Part shown: positions 59,405 to 64,000 of the stretch, piece by piece
Position numbering within the stretch: position 1 is the stretch's first letter
How the letters are laid out: every line of letters begins with the position of its first letter
DNA from: a bacterium
GTDB lineage: Bacteria > Verrucomicrobiota > Verrucomicrobiia > Limisphaerales > J093
Direction: 5' to 3'
Length of the DNA: 64,000 nucleotides
NCBI GenBank assembly: GCA_021780105.1
Contig: JAJXZJ010000032.1
Location: 3,615-67,614 of the forward strand
Notes under the pieces: model-generated
Seen by the model: only the letters and a program-made list of their open reading frames with translations
Databases searched by the model: none
Told to the model about the DNA's origin: nothing
Program-made: the position numbers and the translations under genes

Positions 59405-60132
59405 ACTCCCCGGCACCAAGCAACCAAGGCGCGGAAGGCGGCCGGCCGTTCGTGTTCATCAACATGGCGATGACGGCGGATGGAAAAATCGCGACAGCGA
59501 ATCGCGCGGTGTCGGCGTTCGGCAGCCAGCGCGATCTGGCGCATCTCTACGCTTTGCGCGCCACGGCGGATGCGGTGATGTGCGGCGCGCGGACGGCGGA
59601 AATGGCGGGGCTGCACCTCGGCCCCGGCCCGATGCGGTACCGGCGGCAGCGATTGAAGCGCGGGCTGGCGGAATACAATCTGCGCGTGCTGGTGAGCGGC
59701 TCCGGTTCGTTGAATCCGTGTGCGCCGATCTTCGAAAAGCGGTTTTCCCCGATCATCGTTTTGACCACCCGGCGCGCGAGCCGGCGTCGGCTTGCGGCGT
59801 TGCGGCGGGTGGCCGACGACGTGTTCGTGGGCGGCGAAACGGAAGTCAGCTTTTCCGCGGCGCTGGTGTATTTGCGGTCGCGTTGGGGCGTGAAGCGACT
59901 GCTGTGCGAGGGCGGCGGCGAGCTGAATGCGGCGTTGTTCGCCGCCGGCGTCGTGGATGAACTGCACCTCACGATTTGTCCGTTGGTGGTGGGCGGACGC
60001 ACGGCGCCGACCATCGCCGACGGTGTCGGCGCGGCGCGGCTGACGGACGCGGCGCAGCTCGAACTTGTGTCGTGGCGCCGTGTGGGTGCCGAGTGGTTCT
60101 GCGTCTTCTCCGCTGGTCCGCCGCCGCCGTAG
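59401..60132 (+). CDS. RibD C-terminal-like reductase (dihydrofolate reductase superfamily)
   Basis: AMTADGKIA, DAVMCGART, LLCEGGGEL, VDELHLTICPLVVGG. Confidence 0.85.
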   Translation: MNSPAPSNQGAEGGRPFVFINMAMTADGKIATANRAVSAFGSQRDLAHLYALRATADAVMCGARTAEMAGLHLGPGPMRYRRQRLKRGLAEYNLRVLVSGSGSLNPCAPIFEKRFSPIIVLTTRRASRRRLAALRRVADDVFVGGETEVSFSAALVYLRSRWGVKRLLCEGGGELNAALFAAGVVDELHLTICPLVVGGRTAPTIADGVGAARLTDAAQLELVSWRRVGAEWFCVFSAGPPPP

Positions 60133-60211
60133 CGTCTTGGGCGTTTCGCTTTGCCAGAATGCTCGCGGCTGGTGAACAGGAGCAACGCCGTGCGGTTCCT
60201 CAGTCGCACAC

Positions 60212-61135
60212 TCAAGGGAAACGGTCCAGAGCCTTCGCCGCGGCACCGACGGCACCAGCAAATTCGCCCAGTTGAGTGGAACAAATCTTCGCGCGGTGCC
60301 CGCCAGGCCGCCATTCGAAGTGGTCCAGAAAATCCGCCAGTGGTTTGAACAGCGCCTCGCCTGCCCGGGCAATGCCCCCGCCAAGCAGGATGATTTCCGG
60401 ATCGAGGACGTTGATGAGCGAGGCAACACCAGCGGCGAGCGCGCGGACGGACTTCAGCCAGACCGCGCTGGCCAGCGCGTCGCCGGTGAGATGGGCGCGG
60501 ACGAGTTCCTCGGTGTTTGTGAAACGTCCGCCGCTGCGCTCCGCGAGGCTGTAATTGCCAAGATGGTATTCGAGGCTGCCCGGCGTGTTGCTAACGTCCG
60601 CGGGCGCGTCGAGCTCGAGGCAAATGTGGCCGAGGTGGCCGGCGCGTCCGATGGAGCCGTGGAGCAGGTGGCCGTCCACCATCGCCGCGCCGCCGACGCC
60701 GGTGCCGAGCGTCAGCAGGATCACGTTGCGCGAGCCAACGGCGGCGCCCTGCCAGGCTTCGCCGAGCAGTGCCGCCTGGGCGTCGTTCAACACGGGGACC
60801 AGTTCGGTGCGACCGAGGAACGCGCCCCAGTCCAGTCCTTCCAGCCCCGCCAGCCGGCCCGGCATGAAGGCGATCGAGCGACCGTCCGCCGCCGGCAATC
60901 CCGGCGCAGACAGGCCGATGTGTTGCGGCGGCCTGCCGCGTTCCGTTTCGATCCGGTGTGCCAGGGCACGTGTGACGTCGGCAAAATGCCGCGGTCGCGC
61001 CGGGTCAAATGGCTCCTGCCAGCGGCCGGGCCGGCTGCCGGTCGCCGTGACTGCGACGGCTTTGACGCTCGACCCGCCGAGGTCAAGGCCCAGGGCGTAA
61101 TTTCCGGCGCTTTCGTCGTTGCCGAACTGGTTCAT
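60212..61135 (-). CDS. ROK family sugar kinase
   Basis: GLDLGGS, NDAQAA, LTLGTGVGG, GHLGH, LGGGI. Confidence 0.88.
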   Translation of the reverse strand: MNQFGNDESAGNYALGLDLGGSSVKAVAVTATGSRPGRWQEPFDPARPRHFADVTRALAHRIETERGRPPQHIGLSAPGLPAADGRSIAFMPGRLAGLEGLDWGAFLGRTELVPVLNDAQAALLGEAWQGAAVGSRNVILLTLGTGVGGAAMVDGHLLHGSIGRAGHLGHICLELDAPADVSNTPGSLEYHLGNYSLAERSGGRFTNTEELVRAHLTGDALASAVWLKSVRALAAGVASLINVLDPEIILLGGGIARAGEALFKPLADFLDHFEWRPGGHRAKICSTQLGEFAGAVGAAAKALDRFP

Positions 61136-61224
61136 GCAGCAGGGTTGCCCCAAATCGCCGGCGAAATCCAGCCGGTTCGAGCCCCACGCTCGCGTTGACG
61201 TCCGGGCGCGGCTATCTTCCGCCC

Positions 61225-61977
61225 GTGAAATTGATTTCATGGAACGTCAACGGGCTGCGCGCCGTGCTGCGGAAGAACTTCCTGGAGTATCTCGCCGCCG
61301 AAAACCCGGACGTGCTGTGCCTTCAGGAGACGAAGTGCGGGCCGGACGACGTGGAGCAGCTCTGGCCGGCGGCTTACACCACGTTCTGGGACACGGCGCA
61401 GAAGAAAGGCTACGCGGGCACGGCGATGTTCACGAAGACGCGGCCGTTGAAGGTGTCCACCGGCATTGGCCTGGCCGAGCATGACCGCGAAGGCCGGGTG
61501 GTGACGGCCGAGTTCGGCGACTTTTTCCTGGTGAACGTCTATGTTCCCAATTCGCAACGGGAACTCACGCGCCTGGCCTACCGCCAGCAGTGGGACCGCG
61601 ATTTTTTGGGCTACCTGAAGAAGCTGGAAAAGAAGAAGCCGGTGATTTTCTGTGGCGATCTGAACGTGGCGCACACGGAGATTGACCTCGCGAATCCCAA
61701 GGCCAACGTCCACAACCACGGCTTCACGCCCGAGGAGCGCGCGGGGTTCGACGCGCTGGTGGAAGCCGGTTTTCTGGACACGTTCCGGGAGTTTGAAACG
61801 GGCGGGGGGCATTATTCGTGGTGGAGTCCGATGGGCGGTGCCCGCCAGCGAAATGTCGGGTGGCGCATTGATTACTTCCTCATCTCCGCGAGCCTGCGGC
61901 CGCGCCTCAAACGCGCCTTCATCCAGAGCACAATGACCGGCTCCGACCATTGCCCGGTGGGAATTGAGCTTCAATAA
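61225..61977 (+). CDS. xth: Exodeoxyribonuclease III
   Basis: SWNVNGLRA, LQETK, GDLNVAH, GWRIDY, SDHCP. Confidence 0.95.
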   Translation: MKLISWNVNGLRAVLRKNFLEYLAAENPDVLCLQETKCGPDDVEQLWPAAYTTFWDTAQKKGYAGTAMFTKTRPLKVSTGIGLAEHDREGRVVTAEFGDFFLVNVYVPNSQRELTRLAYRQQWDRDFLGYLKKLEKKKPVIFCGDLNVAHTEIDLANPKANVHNHGFTPEERAGFDALVEAGFLDTFREFETGGGHYSWWSPMGGARQRNVGWRIDYFLISASLRPRLKRAFIQSTMTGSDHCPVGIELQ

Positions 61978-62352
61978 GCGTCGCACGGTGCAGGCGTGGC
62001 AGGAGATCACGCCGAGGATGGAGCACCGCGCGGGGAAACCCCCTGTCACGGCTCAGCCGGTGCCGATGCCAGCGCCGCGCGGCACCAGTTTGGCTTTCCT
62101 CATCCAACGAATCGCTGAAATCGCCTCGTGGTTGCTGACAAACCGCGATCGGCTTCTGGCCAACTCATAGGTTACCGGTGGGGCGTGCGTTTGAAGTTCG
62201 TCTTGCATGCCTCGCGTCCCCCAAGCAGGCGACACCCCAACAGCCGACTATTCGATAGGATCACTGTTGTGCGAATCTTCACATGTTCACCAGCCTAATT
62301 GGATAATCGGGCGGTGAATTGATTCAAACAAACAACCAAACAAAAGGATGTT

Positions 62353-62916
62353 ATGAAACTCAAATGGATTGCGGCATGTCTAGCAGCATGCTCGGCTCAG
62401 GCGGCCATTGTGGATATCACGCCTGGGGGAGACATTGCTTTCGGCGGCCACTTGTATGCGGTTTACACCGCCGACAGCATCTTGTGGCAGGATGCAAAAA
62501 ACTACGTGAGCGCCAACCTGCCTGGCTGGTATTTGGCGACATCCACTTCGGCGACGGAAAACGCCTTCGTTTGGGGGATCATCAACGGCGCTTGGGCTGC
62601 TCAAGGCAATCCGCCACCGCCGGGCCAGTACTGGCTGGGCGGGTACCAGGATCCGCCGCAAACTTGGAACTGGGTGACGGGGGAGCCGTGGTCCTACACG
62701 AACTGGGCCCCGGGCGAGCCCAATGGTGATCTGGGTTGGACCGGCCACCTGACGATCGGGCGCTACGGCGACTGGGAATGGAACGACGAGGGATCCGGGC
62801 CAACTCTCATCACTGGCTTTGTGGTCGAGGCCGTCCCCGAGCCATCACATTATGCGTTGCTCGCGGGCATGGGTTTGATCGGGTTCGCCGGGTATCGTCG
62901 TTGGCGGGCAAGTTGA
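62353..62916 (+). CDS. C-type lectin domain PEP-CTERM protein
   Basis: YLATSTSATEN, YWLGG, WVTGEPWSYTNWAPGEPN, WND; VPEPSHYALLAGMGLIGFAGYRRWR. Confidence 0.88.
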   Translation: MKLKWIAACLAACSAQAAIVDITPGGDIAFGGHLYAVYTADSILWQDAKNYVSANLPGWYLATSTSATENAFVWGIINGAWAAQGNPPPPGQYWLGGYQDPPQTWNWVTGEPWSYTNWAPGEPNGDLGWTGHLTIGRYGDWEWNDEGSGPTLITGFVVEAVPEPSHYALLAGMGLIGFAGYRRWRAS

Positions 62917-62947
62917 ATTGACTTGGTCACCTGGATTTAGTCATCAC

Positions 62948-62974
62948 GACGCGCAGCATGGCTGCGCGTCTTTT
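62948..62974 (+). terminator. Rho-independent terminator
   Basis: Stem gacgcgcagc/gctgcgcgtc + tttt. Confidence 0.75.
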
Positions 62975-63166
62975 GTTGCCAACGTGGCCAGCCATCGAAA
63001 TCAACATCCTTTGGTGGAAACAGCAGTTCGAGCTTGACGGGTATTGTGCCTGACGGTTATTGACGCACCATGTTCACGCGACGAGTTCAGTGCCGCTCGA
63101 TGGTATTGTGTCGTCCGTTAGTGACCTTTTCTCCTCGCAAGTTAAACCTCGAATCCATGCCTTCTC

Positions 63167-64000
63167 ATGACCATGCAACGACGCCAATTTCTTAGAACCG
63201 CCGCCTTCACCGGAGCCGCCGGTCTCATTCTGCCGCGCTTGAAACTACTTGGTGCCGACGCCCCGGGTAACAAACTCAACATCGCCCTGATCGGCACGTG
63301 GGGGCGAGGCGAGGCACACTTCGGTGCGCTGCAAAGCGAAAATGTGGCGGCGCTCTGCGACGTGAACGAGGAACACCTCGCCTACGGTGCGCAAAAGCTG
63401 AATGTCCCCAACGCCAGGCAATACGTGGACTGGCGAAAGTGCGTGGATCAAAAAGGGCTGGATGCCGTGGTCTGCTGCACCACGGATCAGACCCACGCCT
63501 TCGTTGCGAATTGGGCAATGAATCGTGGCCTGCATGTCTATTGTGAGAAGCCGTTGGCCAACAGTGTCGAGGAAGCCCGCGTCGTTCGCGCGAATTACTT
63601 GAAGTGCAAAGGCAAGCTGGCCACGCAGTGTGGCACCCAGCGTCACGAATTCGAAAACTTCAACCGCGTTCGCGAACTCATCCGTGACGGTGTGATCGGC
63701 ACGCTGGAGTCGGTTTCCGCCTGGGGCAACCGCCAGATTCCGCGGCCCGGCTATCTGCTGGCGGAAGGCGAACCGCCGAAGTATCTGCACTACGATCTCT
63801 GGATCGGACCGGCCCCGTTCCATCCTTACAACCCGGGCTACTTCGCGGGCGGGCCGGGCATGAACTGCCTTTCCTGGAACATGTATTGGGACTTCGGCAG
63901 CGGCCAGGTCGGCGACATGGGAAGCCACACGATGGACCTGGCTTGGAACGCCATTGACGCCATGTTGCCCACTTCGGCGGAAGGCAAGGGCGATCCGTTC
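63167..64000 (+). CDS. Tat-exported Gfo/Idh/MocA oxidoreductase; runs off the window end
   Basis: Manual translation MTMQRRQFLRTAAF...LNIALIGTWGRG...LCDV...HVYCEKPLA; absent from the ORF track because it has no stop. Confidence 0.88.
   Translation, partial: MTMQRRQFLRTAAFTGAAGLILPRLKLLGADAPGNKLNIALIGTWGRGEAHFGALQSENVAALCDVNEEHLAYGAQKLNVPNARQYVDWRKCVDQKGLDAVVCCTTDQTHAFVANWAMNRGLHVYCEKPLANSVEEARVVRANYLKCKGKLATQCGTQRHEFENFNRVRELIRDGVIGTLESVSAWGNRQIPRPGYLLAEGEPPKYLHYDLWIGPAPFHPYNPGYFAGGPGMNCLSWNMYWDFGSGQVGDMGSHTMDLAWNAIDAMLPTSAEGKGDPF

Noticed and set aside
61964-62235. Small ORFs between xth and the lectin gene
   Set aside because: No motif, RBS or coding signal that I can support.

Overview
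GC-rich bacterial chromosomal window, most consistent with Verrucomicrobiota (Pedosphaerales/Limisphaerales-like). This placement is inferred from the Akkermansia Amuc_1098-1101-type pilM(N)-pilO-like-secretin locus, the exosortase/EpsI and PEP-CTERM genes, and many Thr/Asn-rich secreted proteins. Contents in order: secreted proteases and CAZymes (1-18 kb); a tandem pair of PEP-CTERM genes; a co-directional run of ABC exporter, exosortase, EpsI, priming glycosyltransferase, UDP-GlcA decarboxylase, type IV pilus/T2SS-like genes, a 5'-3' exonuclease and four large secreted proteins (20.3-46.3 kb); then housekeeping genes (coaE, glgB, rlmI, tRNA-Glu, pgk, tpiA, secG, pilT, queA, ROK kinase, xth). 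The most striking observation is that the secretin gene is split inside its gate hairpin by a ~480-bp in-frame cassette. The cassette encodes an S74/ICA autocleaving chaperone domain, a stop codon, and a new leader plus Sec signal peptide, so both halves could be exported and trimmed almost without a scar. Other leads: a dockerin-protease / cohesin-PEP-CTERM gene pair, a shared C-terminal '(F/Y)YRV' domain on secreted proteins, strong Thr-Asn dipeptide enrichment, a zinc-less matrixin-like protein, and a conserved operator upstream of the duplicated PEP-CTERM genes. All calls come from reading motifs by eye; no database searches were run.
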